This document shows, in pieces, positions 51,480 to 62,935 of a stretch of 64,000 nt of DNA (its first letter is position 1; each line of letters opens with the position of its first letter). The notes under the pieces were generated by a model, which saw only the letters and a list, made by a program, of their open reading frames with translations, did no database searches and was not told where the DNA came from. Both the position numbers and the translations under genes were made by a program. This DNA comes from Neisseriaceae bacterium (GTDB taxonomy: Bacteria; Pseudomonadota; Gammaproteobacteria; Burkholderiales; Chromobacteriaceae): NCBI GenBank assembly GCA_027489245.1, contig JAIYAC010000020.1:72451-136450 (forward strand), given 5' to 3'.

Positions 51480-53096
51480 TCAGCCCTCCACGGCCAGCTG
51501 GATGAAGGCAGCCGACATCGGCGCCAGTTCGATAACCTGCCCGGCAGCCTGGCTGCCGTCGCTATGCAGCAGCACGCTGGCACCCGCCGGTAGCGGCAAG
51601 TTGGCCGCATCGCAGCCCAGGTTGAAGACACACTGCAGCACTTGGCCGTGACCACTGCGGCTAAAGCGCAGCAGGCTGTCGTCGGCCTCGCCCAGTACAA
51701 AGTCACCGCCATGCAAGGCCGGCTGCGCACGACGCCAGGTCAGCAGCTGCTGCCAGAACGCCAGCGGGCTATCGGCCTGGGCCGCCTGTTGTGCAACGGC
51801 GGTATCGCGGTGCGCCGGCCACAGCGGCAGCCACGGCTGATCACTGCCAAAGCCGCCGTCGGCGCTGCTATCCCACGCCATGGGCGTGCGGCAGCCGTCG
51901 CGGCCTTTGAACTCGGGCCATAGCACCTTGGCGTACGGGTCTTGCAGCTGCTCGTAGCGTATCTCGGCCTCCGGCCAGCCCAGCTCCTCGCCCTGGTACA
52001 CGCACACCGGGCCAGGCAAGGCCAGCAGCAGCATGGCAAACACGCGGGCGCGCGCCGCCTCGCTGCCACCCAGCGCCGCCCAGCGGCTGACCACGCGAAT
52101 GTTGTCGTGGTTGGACAGCGCCCAGCACACGGTGGCGTCGCCAGCCTCGGCCACGTATTCCTGCAGCACGCGGTGCAGGTAGCGCGGGTGGCATTCATCG
52201 GTCAGCAGGGTAAACACGTAAGCCATGTGCAGCAGCTCGCTGCCGGCGGTGTAGTCGCGCAGCGTCTGGTACTGCAGGTCGTCACCGATTTCACCCATGG
52301 TGATGGCGCCAAACTCGTCGCACAGGCGGCGCAGGCGGCGGATGAAGTGCAGGTTTTCCGGCTGCGTCTTGTCGTACAGATGGCGCTGGAAGGCATACGG
52401 GTTGCTGCGCGGCACGCCACCGGCGTAGCTACCGGCCGGCTGCGGCGGGTTGTCGCGCAGCTGTGCGTCGTGGGTGTAGAAGTTGACGGTATCCAGCCGG
52501 AAGCCGTCCACCCCCAGCTGCAGCCAGAAGCGCGCCACGTCCAGCACGGCGTCTTGTACCGCCGGCTGGTGAAAGTTGAGGTCCGGCTGGCTGGCCAGAA
52601 AGTTGTGCAGGTAATACTGGCCGCGGCGGGCATCCCACTGCCAGGCGCTGCCGCCAAAAATGCTCAGCCAGTTGCTGGGCGGCGTGCCATCGGCGCGCGG
52701 GTCGGCCCACACGTACCAGTCGGCGCGGGCGTTGTCGCGGCTGGCGCGGCTTTCGGCAAACCACGGGTGCTGGTCGGACGTATGGCTGAGCACCAGGTCG
52801 ATCAGCACTTTCAGGCCCAGCTCATGCGCGCGGCCAACTAGCGTGCGAAAATCGTCCAGCGTGCCGAACATCGGGTCCACGTCGCAGTAATCGGATACGT
52901 CATAACCGAAATCGGCCATCGGCGAGGTAAAGAAGGGGGAAATCCAGATAGCCTCGGCACCCAATTGCGCAATATGTGGCAGGCGGTGGGTAATACCCGG
53001 CAAATCGCCAATACCGTCGCCATTACTATCCTGATAGCTGCGCGGGTAAATCTGGTAAATAACGGTGTTTTGCCACCAGTGTTGATTCTGTTTCAT
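51480..53096 (-). CDS. GH13 alpha-glucosidase
   Basis: YQIYPRSY.DSNGDGIGDL, DFGYD, GFRLD.V, GE and SNHD. Confidence 0.93.
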   Translation of the reverse strand: MKQNQHWWQNTVIYQIYPRSYQDSNGDGIGDLPGITHRLPHIAQLGAEAIWISPFFTSPMADFGYDVSDYCDVDPMFGTLDDFRTLVGRAHELGLKVLIDLVLSHTSDQHPWFAESRASRDNARADWYVWADPRADGTPPSNWLSIFGGSAWQWDARRGQYYLHNFLASQPDLNFHQPAVQDAVLDVARFWLQLGVDGFRLDTVNFYTHDAQLRDNPPQPAGSYAGGVPRSNPYAFQRHLYDKTQPENLHFIRRLRRLCDEFGAITMGEIGDDLQYQTLRDYTAGSELLHMAYVFTLLTDECHPRYLHRVLQEYVAEAGDATVCWALSNHDNIRVVSRWAALGGSEAARARVFAMLLLALPGPVCVYQGEELGWPEAEIRYEQLQDPYAKVLWPEFKGRDGCRTPMAWDSSADGGFGSDQPWLPLWPAHRDTAVAQQAAQADSPLAFWQQLLTWRRAQPALHGGDFVLGEADDSLLRFSRSGHGQVLQCVFNLGCDAANLPLPAGASVLLHSDGSQAAGQVIELAPMSAAFIQLAVEG

Positions 53097-53112
53097 TGCG
53101 AAAACCTCGTTA

Positions 53113-53227
53113 GCCACAGAATACACAGAAACCACAGAAGGCATTCAAACCAGCATGTTTGGCGATTCAAACCATTTGCCTCATTGCGCCAGGGCGTGTT
53201 TTCCGTATTTTCTGTGCATTCTGTGGC
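53113..53227. repeat. 115-bp element with 27-bp imperfect inverted arms built from 9-bp CACAGAA units
   Basis: Left arm GCCACAGAATACACAGAAACCACAGAA; reverse complement of the right arm GCCACAGAATGCACAGAAAATACGGAA (23/27 identical). Confidence 0.8.
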
Positions 53228-53237
53228 GAAAATAAAA

Positions 53238-54074
53238 TCAGCCTTTTACCGCACCGGCAGTCAGGCCCGACACGATCTGGCGCTGGAAAATCAGCACCAG
53301 CACAATCAGCGGCACAGTCACGATGACCGAGGCGGCCATGATATTGCCCCACGGCAGCTCGTAGCTGCTGGCGCCGCTAATCAGCGCAATGGCCACCGGC
53401 ACCGTGCGCTGCTCGCCGGACAGCGTGAAGGTGAGCGCAAACAGGAACTCGTTCCACGCCGCGATAAAGGCCAGCAGCGAAGTGGCCGCCACCGCCGGCC
53501 ACAGCAGCGGCAGAAAGATGCGGAAGATCACCGTCAGCACCCCGGCGCCGTCCATCAGCGCCGCTTCCTCCAGCTCGCGCGGCAGCTCGCGCATGAAGGT
53601 CACCAGCACCCACACGGTAAACGGCAGGGTGAAGATCAGGTCGGACAACACCAGCGCCCACAGGCTGTCGTACAGGCCCAGCCACGAGATCAGCTCGAAC
53701 AGGCCGGACAGGATGGCCACCTGCGGAAACATGGACACGCCCAGGATGGTCATCATCAGCACGCCACGGCCGCGAAACTGCACCCGGCCCAGCGCGTAGG
53801 CTGCCAGTAGCGACACGGTGAGCGACAGCAGCACCACGCCGCCCGCCACCAGCACCGAGTTCAGCAGGTTCTGGCCAAAGGGCTGCTCGGCAAACACGGC
53901 CACGTAGTTGGCCGCACTCCACACCTTGGGCCAGAAATCACTAGAAAACAGCGCACTGCCCTGCTTGAACGAGCTGGCAATAGCGTAGGCAAACGGGTAC
54001 AGCGAAAACGCCAGCACCAGCGGCAGCAGCAGGTAATACGCCAGGTCGGCGGCGTGCAATCGTTTAGGCAGCAT
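53238..54074 (-). CDS. Sugar ABC permease (MalG/ThuG-like)
   Basis: EAA loop [10 protein letters not shown] and WNEFLFA. Confidence 0.92.
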   Translation of the reverse strand: MLPKRLHAADLAYYLLLPLVLAFSLYPFAYAIASSFKQGSALFSSDFWPKVWSAANYVAVFAEQPFGQNLLNSVLVAGGVVLLSLTVSLLAAYALGRVQFRGRGVLMMTILGVSMFPQVAILSGLFELISWLGLYDSLWALVLSDLIFTLPFTVWVLVTFMRELPRELEEAALMDGAGVLTVIFRIFLPLLWPAVAATSLLAFIAAWNEFLFALTFTLSGEQRTVPVAIALISGASSYELPWGNIMAASVIVTVPLIVLVLIFQRQIVSGLTAGAVKG

Positions 54075-54075
54075 G

Positions 54076-55014
54076 TCAGTGGCCCTCCATACGGCGGCGC
54101 GCCAGCGCCATGTAGCACAGGGTAATCAGCGCAATCAGCAGGAACAGCAGCGTGGCGGCGGCCGAGCCGTAGCCGGCCAGCTGAAAGTCGATCAGCTGTT
54201 CGCGCACGTACACCGACATGCTCTTGGTGCTGCGGCTGTTGGATGTCATCACGTAGATCAGGTCGAACACGCGCAGTGCGTCCAGCGTGCGGAAGATCAT
54301 GGCCACCAGCACGGCCGGGGTAATCAGCGGCAGGGTGATATTGAGGAACACCGACCACGCGGGCACGCCGTCCACGCGGGCGGCTTCGTAGCAGTCGCCC
54401 GGCACCATCTGCAGCGCCGCCAGGATCAGCAGCGCCATGAAGGGCGTGGTTTTCCATACGTCTACCAGCACGATGGTGGTAAAAGCCAGGTCGGGGTCGG
54501 CCGTCCACGCCAGCGGGGCGTCGATCAGGCCGGCCGACAGCAGCATGGCGTTGATCACGCCAAACTGGTCGTGCAGCATCCAGGTCCACATCTTGGCCGA
54601 CACCACGGTGGGAATGGCCCACGGCACCAGCACGGCGGCGCGCAGCAGCGCCTTCAGTGGCGACGGGTGGTTCAGCATCAGCGCGATGCCCAGGCCGAAT
54701 AGCGTTTCCAGCGACACCGACAGCAGCGCGAACCACAGGGTATTGCGCACGGCGCCCCACCATTGCGGGTCGTTCAGCACGCCGGTATCGCCCAGGTAGT
54801 TGGCCAGGCCAACAAACTGCCGCGCCGACAGGTCCGACAGCTGGGCATCGGTGAAGCTCATGAAAAAAGTACGCGCCAGCGGCAGCCCGGCAATGGCAAA
54901 CAGCACCAGAACCGAGGGCAGCACCAGCAGCCAGGCCATGCGCTGCCGGCTGCGCTGCAGCGACGACAAGGCACCCGCTGCCGGCACGGGCGCAGTGAGG
55001 GTAGAGCTAGACAT
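54076..55014 (-). CDS. Sugar ABC permease (MalF/ThuF-like)
   Basis: [17 protein letters not shown] and YEAARVDG. Confidence 0.92.
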   Translation of the reverse strand: MSSSTLTAPVPAAGALSSLQRSRQRMAWLLVLPSVLVLFAIAGLPLARTFFMSFTDAQLSDLSARQFVGLANYLGDTGVLNDPQWWGAVRNTLWFALLSVSLETLFGLGIALMLNHPSPLKALLRAAVLVPWAIPTVVSAKMWTWMLHDQFGVINAMLLSAGLIDAPLAWTADPDLAFTTIVLVDVWKTTPFMALLILAALQMVPGDCYEAARVDGVPAWSVFLNITLPLITPAVLVAMIFRTLDALRVFDLIYVMTSNSRSTKSMSVYVREQLIDFQLAGYGSAAATLLFLLIALITLCYMALARRRMEGH

Positions 55015-55038
55015 AGGGTTCTCCGCAGGGCGGGCGTG

Positions 55039-55064
55039 GCCTGCGGCCAAGGTTGGCCGCAGGC
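55039..55064. repeat. Inverted pair of the repeat inside the sugar operon
   Basis: GCCTGCGGCCAA-gg-TTGGCCGCAGGC between the binding protein and permease genes. Confidence 0.85.
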
Positions 55065-55119
55065 ACCCGCCACCCCGTACAGGACAGGCAGCGGCTACCG
55101 CCAGGCAGCCGCCGGGGGC

Positions 55120-56394
<1,275 letters not shown>

Positions 56395-56548
56395 GCGTCT
56401 CCTCGTTGTGTTGTTGGCCGCACCGCAGCCTGCCAGCCGGCAGCGGTACCGTCGCCCTGCCATCTAAACGCGGAAACATTAATGCGGCATTTCATCGCCA
56501 TGCCGTTGCCATTAACAATTGCAATATACCCGGCCATGCGCCCTGCCC

Positions 56549-59122
56549 TTATGACTTGGCCAGCAGCCGCGCCAGGTCGTCGCGGCGGTAGGGCTTGGCC
56601 AGAAAGGCCACACCGGCGGGCCAGTCGCTGCGGCGGGCGTGGTGTTCGGGCGGCAGGCCAGAGGTCAGCACCACGCGCAGCGCGGGGTAGGCGGCCTGCA
56701 GCGTGCGGTACAGCCGCACACCGTCGCCACCTTCTCCCAGCATGATGTCGGACAGCACCACATCGGCCTGGCCACCGGCAGCCAGCCAGCCCAGCAGCGC
56801 CGCCTCGCTGGCAAAGGTGCTGACGTGCGCCCCCAGTGCGGCCAACTGTTGCTGTGCGGTGTCACGCACGTCGGCGTCGTCTTCTACCAGCAGCACGTGG
56901 CGGGCCGGCAGCACCGCTGGCAAAACGGTGGCGCAGGCTTGCGGGCTGCACGGGCTGGCGCTGGCGGGTAGCTCGATGCACACGGTCGTGCCTTCCCCCT
57001 GGCGGCTGTGGATGGCCAGCTCGCCACCGCTTTGCTTCACAAAACCATACACGATGGACAGCCCCAGGCCGCTGCCCTGCCCCTGCGCCTTGGTGGTAAA
57101 AAATGGCTCCAGCACGTGCGGCAGCACCTCGGACGGGATGCCCGGCCCATCGTCCTGCACATTGATCGCTACCCAGTCGCGGCCATCGCGCTGCATGCGG
57201 CCAACCCGCAGCTGCAGGCTGCCGCGCTCGCCCATGGCCTGCGCGGCGTTCAGCGCCAGGTTGAGGATGGCGTTTTCCAGCTGACCACGGTCTACCTGCA
57301 CCACCTGCCCTTCCGGCGCGTCCACACTCACGCGGATGCCATTGCTCACGCTGTATTCCACCAGGTCCAGCATTTCGTACAGCATGTCGCCCACGTCTAC
57401 CGGCTCGGTGCACAGGGGCTGGCGGCGGGCAAAGGCCAGCAGGCGCCGGGTGAGCGCCGCCGCCTTGTTGGCCGCGCCGTGGGCGCGCTCCAGCCGCTGG
57501 CGCGCCTCGGGCGGCAGGTCTGTGCGCAGCTCCAGCAGCTCCAGGTTGCCCAGGATGGCAATCAGGATGTTGTTGAAGTCGTGCGCCACACCGCCGGTGA
57601 GCTGGCCCAGCACTTCCATCTTTTGCATTTGCTGCAGCTGGGCTTCGGCAGCGCGGCGGGCGGACACGTCGCGGCATACCGCTACCCAACCGCCTTCGGG
57701 CATGGCGTGGCTCATGAACTCCAGCACGCGCCCGCCGGGCAGGTGCAGCTCGGCGTGGCTGGCAATGCGATGGCTATCGTCCGGCCGCGCCACGGTATCG
57801 CCGGCGACCGCCTCCCAGCGGGTACCGGCCGGCATGGCAGCACGCAGGGCGGTATAGGGCATGCCGCCGTGCAGGCTATCTGCCGCCATGCCCAGCTGGG
57901 CGGGGAACTGCGGGTTCCACACCATCAGTTTGCCGTCTTCGTCGTATACCGACAGGCCGTCGTGCATGCTGCGAAACACGGTTTGCAGCAAGCGCCGCTG
58001 CGCTTCGATGCCGTGCGACAGGCGCTGTTTTTCCAGCAAATTGTCGCGAAATACCTGGAAAGCCCGCGCCAGGTCGCCAATTTCGTCGGCTTGCTCGGTG
58101 GCGGGGGTCAGTTGCCCGGTATCGCCGCCGGCCAAGCGGCTCATCACGCTGGCAATCGCCTGCATGCGCTGCGCCACGCGCCGTACATAGGCTGCGGCCA
58201 ACATGGCCACCGCCACGCCGATGGCGGCCAGCAGCAAGGCACTACTGCTGCCGGAGCGGATTTCGGTCGCCATCTGGCCGCTGCGGTCGTCGGCCTGCTG
58301 GCGTATGGCCTGCACGTAGCTGGCGGTGCGGCGGCTCAGGTGTTCGGCATTGCTGCGGTACAGCTGCAGCAGCACGGCAATGCGCCCGCCGCTTTCGGTG
58401 AGCTCGCGCTGCTGTTCAAACAGGTTTTGCGGTGCCTGCACCATCACCTCCAGCTCCACCACCAGCCAGGGCGGCAGCTGCGCGGTTTCGCCACGGCGCG
58501 CCATGGCCAGCATGAGCGCTTCGGCGCTGGCTTCCAGCTCGCCCAAGCGGGCGCGGTCGCGCGATAGCGGCACCGCCAGCAGCGTTTGCCACAGCGGGAT
58601 CAGCGTGGGCGCACGCCGTGCCTGCGCGGCGTGCTGTGCGGCCAACCTGCTGCCCAGCTCGTCCAGCCGCGCCATGTAGGTGTTAAGGATTTGCTGGCTG
58701 CGCCGGCGCTGGGCCGACAACAGCAGTAGCTGCGACAGGTCGCGCTCGGCACCCTCCAGCATGCTGCTGACCGCTAGCTGGCGGTCAGCCTCCGGCGGCA
58801 GGGTTTGCGACAGCAGGCGAATCTCGCGTGTCAGCCCCTGCAGCCGGTTGATATCACGCGATAGCGTTTCTGGCGCGTAGCTATCGGCCAGTGACGGCGC
58901 GATGGCGGCAATCTGCGATACCTTTTCGGCCAGCACCAGCACACGGGCCAGCTCGGGCATGACCTGTTCGCGAAAGCCGGTGAGGGTGTCCAGCGTGTTG
59001 CGCATGGCGCTGATGCTGACGGCGATCACCACCAGCATCAGCACAAACAACAGCACAAATGCCGCCTGCAAGCGGGCGCGTATCGGCTGCGTACGTAGCT
59101 GGTGCAGCAGGGCGGGCATCAT
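56549..59122 (-). CDS. Hybrid sensor histidine kinase (periplasmic domain-HAMP-PAS-HisKA-HATPase-REC)
   Basis: Two TM helices, DEIGDLA, GGVAHDFNN, EPFFTTK..G.GSGLGL and a C-terminal REC domain. Confidence 0.92.
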   Translation of the reverse strand: MMPALLHQLRTQPIRARLQAAFVLLFVLMLVVIAVSISAMRNTLDTLTGFREQVMPELARVLVLAEKVSQIAAIAPSLADSYAPETLSRDINRLQGLTREIRLLSQTLPPEADRQLAVSSMLEGAERDLSQLLLLSAQRRRSQQILNTYMARLDELGSRLAAQHAAQARRAPTLIPLWQTLLAVPLSRDRARLGELEASAEALMLAMARRGETAQLPPWLVVELEVMVQAPQNLFEQQRELTESGGRIAVLLQLYRSNAEHLSRRTASYVQAIRQQADDRSGQMATEIRSGSSSALLLAAIGVAVAMLAAAYVRRVAQRMQAIASVMSRLAGGDTGQLTPATEQADEIGDLARAFQVFRDNLLEKQRLSHGIEAQRRLLQTVFRSMHDGLSVYDEDGKLMVWNPQFPAQLGMAADSLHGGMPYTALRAAMPAGTRWEAVAGDTVARPDDSHRIASHAELHLPGGRVLEFMSHAMPEGGWVAVCRDVSARRAAEAQLQQMQKMEVLGQLTGGVAHDFNNILIAILGNLELLELRTDLPPEARQRLERAHGAANKAAALTRRLLAFARRQPLCTEPVDVGDMLYEMLDLVEYSVSNGIRVSVDAPEGQVVQVDRGQLENAILNLALNAAQAMGERGSLQLRVGRMQRDGRDWVAINVQDDGPGIPSEVLPHVLEPFFTTKAQGQGSGLGLSIVYGFVKQSGGELAIHSRQGEGTTVCIELPASASPCSPQACATVLPAVLPARHVLLVEDDADVRDTAQQQLAALGAHVSTFASEAALLGWLAAGGQADVVLSDIMLGEGGDGVRLYRTLQAAYPALRVVLTSGLPPEHHARRSDWPAGVAFLAKPYRRDDLARLLAKS

Positions 59123-59859
59123 GCGGCCTGGGTTTTACTGACACTGGCGCGAAACACATAGCCGGCGCCGCGTTCGGTACAGATGAGCTCGGGCAGGCGC
59201 GGGTTGGGCTCGATTTTGCGGCGCAGACGCAGAATCAGTACATCGATGGTGCGGTCGTACACCTCGGTATCCAGGCCACGGGTTTGCTCCAGCAGCTGCT
59301 CGCGGCTCCAGACGCGGCCAGGGTGGCGCACCAGTGCGGCCAACAGTGCGTATTCGCCCTGGGTAAGCGGGCACGGCTCGCCGCCACGGCTATGGCGCAG
59401 CTCGCGGGCGGTGGCGTCCAGCACCCAGCCGTGAAAGCAATAGCATTCGTGCGCCTCGCCCGGCTTGCGCAGCATGGGCAGCGACAGCTCGGTGGCACGG
59501 CGTAGCGCGGCGCGCACGCGGGCCAGGAACTCGCGGCCAGAAAACGGCTTGGTCAGGTAGTCGTCGGCGGCCAGCTCCAGCCCCAGCACGCGGTCGGTTT
59601 CGTCGCCCTTGCCGCTCATCATGATGATAGGCACGGCCGACTGGGCACGCAGGGTGCGCGCCAGCTGCAGGCCGTCTTCGCCTTTTAGCCGCAGGTCCAG
59701 CACCACCAGCGCAAACGCCTGCTGCTGCAGCGCGGCTTGCATCTCGCGGCCATTGGCAGCCCCCACTACCGCGTAGCCACAGTCCTGCAGCAGCGTGGCC
59801 AGCCAGTCGCGGATATCGGCCTCGTCATCCACGATCAGCACGGCATGCTTGTCGTCCAT
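59119..59859 (-). CDS. OmpR-family response regulator
   Basis: REC domain (VDDE, LD, KPF) and winged helix (DRTIDV.I.RLRRKIE, TERGAGY). Confidence 0.94.
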   Translation of the reverse strand: MDDKHAVLIVDDEADIRDWLATLLQDCGYAVVGAANGREMQAALQQQAFALVVLDLRLKGEDGLQLARTLRAQSAVPIIMMSGKGDETDRVLGLELAADDYLTKPFSGREFLARVRAALRRATELSLPMLRKPGEAHECYCFHGWVLDATARELRHSRGGEPCPLTQGEYALLAALVRHPGRVWSREQLLEQTRGLDTEVYDRTIDVLILRLRRKIEPNPRLPELICTERGAGYVFRASVSKTQAA

Positions 59860-60009
59860 TGTTGTCTCCCTGTTTTTTACCATCAGGTTTAACAGAAAGC
59901 CGTGTGGCGTGTGTTTCAATTATTTCAAATCGAAGGCAATAAAAAACCCTGCATGCAATGGCAGGCAGGGTTGATGGCAAGGTTGGCCGCACGGCGCGGC
60001 CAGCCGGGC

Positions 60010-60498
60010 TTAGCTGGCGCTGGCGTCGCCGGCGATTTGCGACTGCTGGTAGTTGGCCAGGCCCACCAGGCTGATCAGCTTGATCTGCTGTTCCAGCCAG
60101 TGCGCGTGGTCGTTTTCGGTTTCTTCCAGCAGCACCATCAGTTGCTCGCGGGTGATGTAGTCGCGTTCTTGCTCACAGACGGCGATCACGTCTTTTAGCG
60201 CGGCGGCAACGCGGTACTCCACGTCCAGGTCGCTTTTCAGCATGGACGGCACGTCGTCACCGATCACGATGGGTACGCGCTTGGCCACGTTGGGCTTGCC
60301 GCCCAGAAAGAGGATGCGGGCAATCAGCGTGCGGGCGTGTTCCAGCTCGTCTTCGCGCTCGTGGTCGATACGGGCAAACAGCTTGTTCAGGCCCCAGTCT
60401 TTATACATTTCGGCGTGAACAAAATACTGGTCGGCGGCGGACAGCTCTTCTGCCAGCAGGTCGTTGAGCAACGCGATAATTTTTGGATGGCCTTGCAT
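60010..60498 (-). CDS. bfr: Bacterioferritin
   Basis: MQG...EL.A.DQYF.H...DWG, E..HA..LI.RILFL.G.P and E..H..WLE.Q. Confidence 0.93.
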   Translation of the reverse strand: MQGHPKIIALLNDLLAEELSAADQYFVHAEMYKDWGLNKLFARIDHEREDELEHARTLIARILFLGGKPNVAKRVPIVIGDDVPSMLKSDLDVEYRVAAALKDVIAVCEQERDYITREQLMVLLEETENDHAHWLEQQIKLISLVGLANYQQSQIAGDASAS

Positions 60499-60799
60499 GA
60501 TGTGTGCCCCTGTAATGCTGGTAATAACGTTAACACGCGGATTCTAGTACAGGCCGGCAGGGCTGTCATGGTACATTTTTGCGAACCATTCGCAATAATA
60601 TTATCTTTAGCACCATCAATATGCCGCAAGAAGGCATTAAATATCAAAAAATACAAAAAACATGCACTTAAAACAAGGTGCATGGAATAGCCGCGCCGAA
60701 TCCAGCCACAGCCAGGGCGGTACATGGCAAAGTAGCGCCTGTGCCTGTGTACCAGTAAAATCCCGCCAACTGAAAGCCAGCCCGAAAGAGAACAGTACG

Positions 60800-61369
60800 A
60801 TGACCATCAAATCCGACAAATGGATTCGCCGCATGGCAGAACAGCACGGCATGATCGAGCCGTTTGTTCACGACCAGATCAAGAACGTAAACGGCGAAAA
60901 GGTGATCTCGTTCGGCACCTCCAGCTACGGCTACGATATCCGCTGCGCGGACGAGTTCAAGGTGTTTACCAATATCAACAGCACCATTGTGGACCCGAAA
61001 AACTTCGACCCGGATTCGTTTGTAGAAGTATCTGGCAAGGGCTACTGCATTATTCCGCCCAACAGCTTTGCGCTGGCCCGCACGGTGGAATACTTCCGCA
61101 TCCCGCGCTCGGTGCTGACGGTGTGCCTGGGCAAATCCACCTATGCCCGCTGCGGCATTATCGTGAACGTGACACCGTTTGAGCCGGAATGGGAAGGCTA
61201 CGTCACACTGGAGTTTTCCAATACCACCCCGCTGCCTGCCAAGATCTACGCCAACGAAGGCGTGGCACAGGTGCTGTTCTTCGAGTCGGACGAAATCTGC
61301 GATGTGTCCTACAAAGACCGTGCCGGCAAATACATGGGCCAGGTAGGCGTGACCCTGCCCCGCCCCTGA
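60800..61369 (+). CDS. dcd: dCTP deaminase
   Basis: [16 protein letters not shown] and TPFEPEWEG. Confidence 0.96.
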   Translation: MTIKSDKWIRRMAEQHGMIEPFVHDQIKNVNGEKVISFGTSSYGYDIRCADEFKVFTNINSTIVDPKNFDPDSFVEVSGKGYCIIPPNSFALARTVEYFRIPRSVLTVCLGKSTYARCGIIVNVTPFEPEWEGYVTLEFSNTTPLPAKIYANEGVAQVLFFESDEICDVSYKDRAGKYMGQVGVTLPRP

Positions 61370-61389
61370 GCGGCAAGCCCCCACCACAC

Positions 61390-61418
61390 AACGCGGCCCA
61401 GGCCGCGTTTTTTGTTTT
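61390..61418 (+). terminator. dcd terminator
   Basis: AACGCGGCC-ca-GGCCGCGTT followed by a T tract. Confidence 0.75.
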
Positions 61419-61597
61419 GGATCAAAGCTCGCATTTTGCCGCTACTGGTCTAGGATGAATTCAGGGTGTGCCAATACTGCCACCCTGGGCACAGCAAGCC
61501 GTTTCTTATGAGCGTTGTGGTTCCCCCTTGCCGCTTCGCTCTTTTTTTGTCCATTTTAGTTGTGTACAATCAAATTTTTCACAATCATATACCCGCC

Positions 61598-62074
61598 ATG
61601 TCCATCTACCAATACCGCGTACCCGCCCTGCTGGGCGGCGAAATCAACCTGGCCAGCTACCAGGGCCAGGTCATGCTGCTGGTGAATACCGCCAGCGCCT
61701 GCGGCTTTACCTATCAATACGAAGGGCTGGAAGCCCTGCACCGCGAGCTGGGTGACAAAGGCCTGGCGGTGATTGGCTTCCCCTGCAACCAGTTTGGCCA
61801 GCAGGAGCCAGGCGGCGCCGAAGCCATCGGCAGCTTCTGCCAGAAGAACTACGGCGTGAGCTTTACCATGGCCGCCAAGATCGACGTAAACGGCGCCAAC
61901 GCCCACCCGCTGTGGCAGCACCTGAAACAGCAGAAAGCCGGCATCCTGGGCACGCGTGGCATCAAATGGAACTTCACCAAGTTTCTGGTCAATCGCCAGG
62001 GCCAGGTTGTTGGCCGCTTTGGCCCGCGCACCAAGCCCGAAGCCCTGCGCGCGCAGATCGAGGCGCTGCTGTGA
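61598..62074 (+). CDS. Glutathione peroxidase
   Basis: VNTASACGFT, GFPCNQFG.QEPG and KWNFTKFL. Confidence 0.95.
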   Translation: MSIYQYRVPALLGGEINLASYQGQVMLLVNTASACGFTYQYEGLEALHRELGDKGLAVIGFPCNQFGQQEPGGAEAIGSFCQKNYGVSFTMAAKIDVNGANAHPLWQHLKQQKAGILGTRGIKWNFTKFLVNRQGQVVGRFGPRTKPEALRAQIEALL

Positions 62075-62520
62075 ACCCGGCCCTGCTGCTGGACAGCCAG
62101 CTGTGCTTTGCGCTGTATAGCGCCAGCCGCAGCATGACCCAGGCCTACCAGCCGCTGCTGGGCGAGCTGGGGCTGACTTACCCGCAATATCTGGTGATGC
62201 TGGTGCTGTGGGAAGAAGACGGCGCCACAGTCAAGCGGCTGGGCGAACGCCTGCTGCTGGACTCGGGCACGCTGACGCCACTGCTGAAACGGCTGGAGGC
62301 GGCTGGCCTGCTGGTGCGCCAGCGTGCCAGTGCCGACGAACGGCGGGTAGAAGTATGGCTAAGCGCGGCCGGCAAGGCGCTGGAAACCCAGGCCGCCGCC
62401 GTGCCGCAAGCCATGCGCTGCCGCTACGGGGCCGAGGGGCGCGAGGCCGAGTCGGCCATGCTGCGGCAAACCCTGCAGCAACTGACCAAGCTACTGCAGG
62501 GCAAGCAGGATCAGGACTAG
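62071..62520 (+). CDS. OhrR/OspR-like MarR regulator
   Basis: LDSQLCFALY (sensor Cys), LTYPQYL and LDSGTLTPLLKRLE; GTG start overlaps the gpx stop. Confidence 0.9.
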   Translation: MNPALLLDSQLCFALYSASRSMTQAYQPLLGELGLTYPQYLVMLVLWEEDGATVKRLGERLLLDSGTLTPLLKRLEAAGLLVRQRASADERRVEVWLSAAGKALETQAAAVPQAMRCRYGAEGREAESAMLRQTLQQLTKLLQGKQDQD

Positions 62521-62825
62521 ATCGCCTCGCTGGCCGCCTGGCACGGGCTGTCCAGCGCCTCGCGCGCTAGCCTGGCCAGCGCCCCCAGGTCTTCGTCCAG
62601 ATGCTGCTGCATATGGCGCAAGGCACCGGCCAGAATAGCCGAGGCCAGCAGTGCTTCGTCGCACTGGAACACCTGGGCCATGGCGCGCAGCTGGCTGCAG
62701 GTCTGGTGATTCAGCGGCAGAACCAGCTGGCGTACCGGGTCTACCGACAGTAGCTGGCCCAGGTCGCGGCCTTCGGCCTGATGGCGCTCCAGCTGGGCGA
62801 TAAAGTCGTGCAGCGTATCGTTCAT
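62517..62825 (-). CDS. Hypothetical protein (possible ribbon-helix-helix fold)
   Basis: 102 aa, RBS AGAGG, and a strand-helix-helix pattern in the middle. Confidence 0.55.
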   Translation of the reverse strand: MNDTLHDFIAQLERHQAEGRDLGQLLSVDPVRQLVLPLNHQTCSQLRAMAQVFQCDEALLASAILAGALRHMQQHLDEDLGALARLAREALDSPCQAASEAI

Positions 62826-62935
62826 GTGTCACCTCTGCTTTGCGGGGAATACCCGTTTCAGCATGGCACATGCACCGCCTATTCCCAGCACCATAGCGAT
62901 AAAAAATGATCGCTATCAAATGCTTAGGTCAAGCA

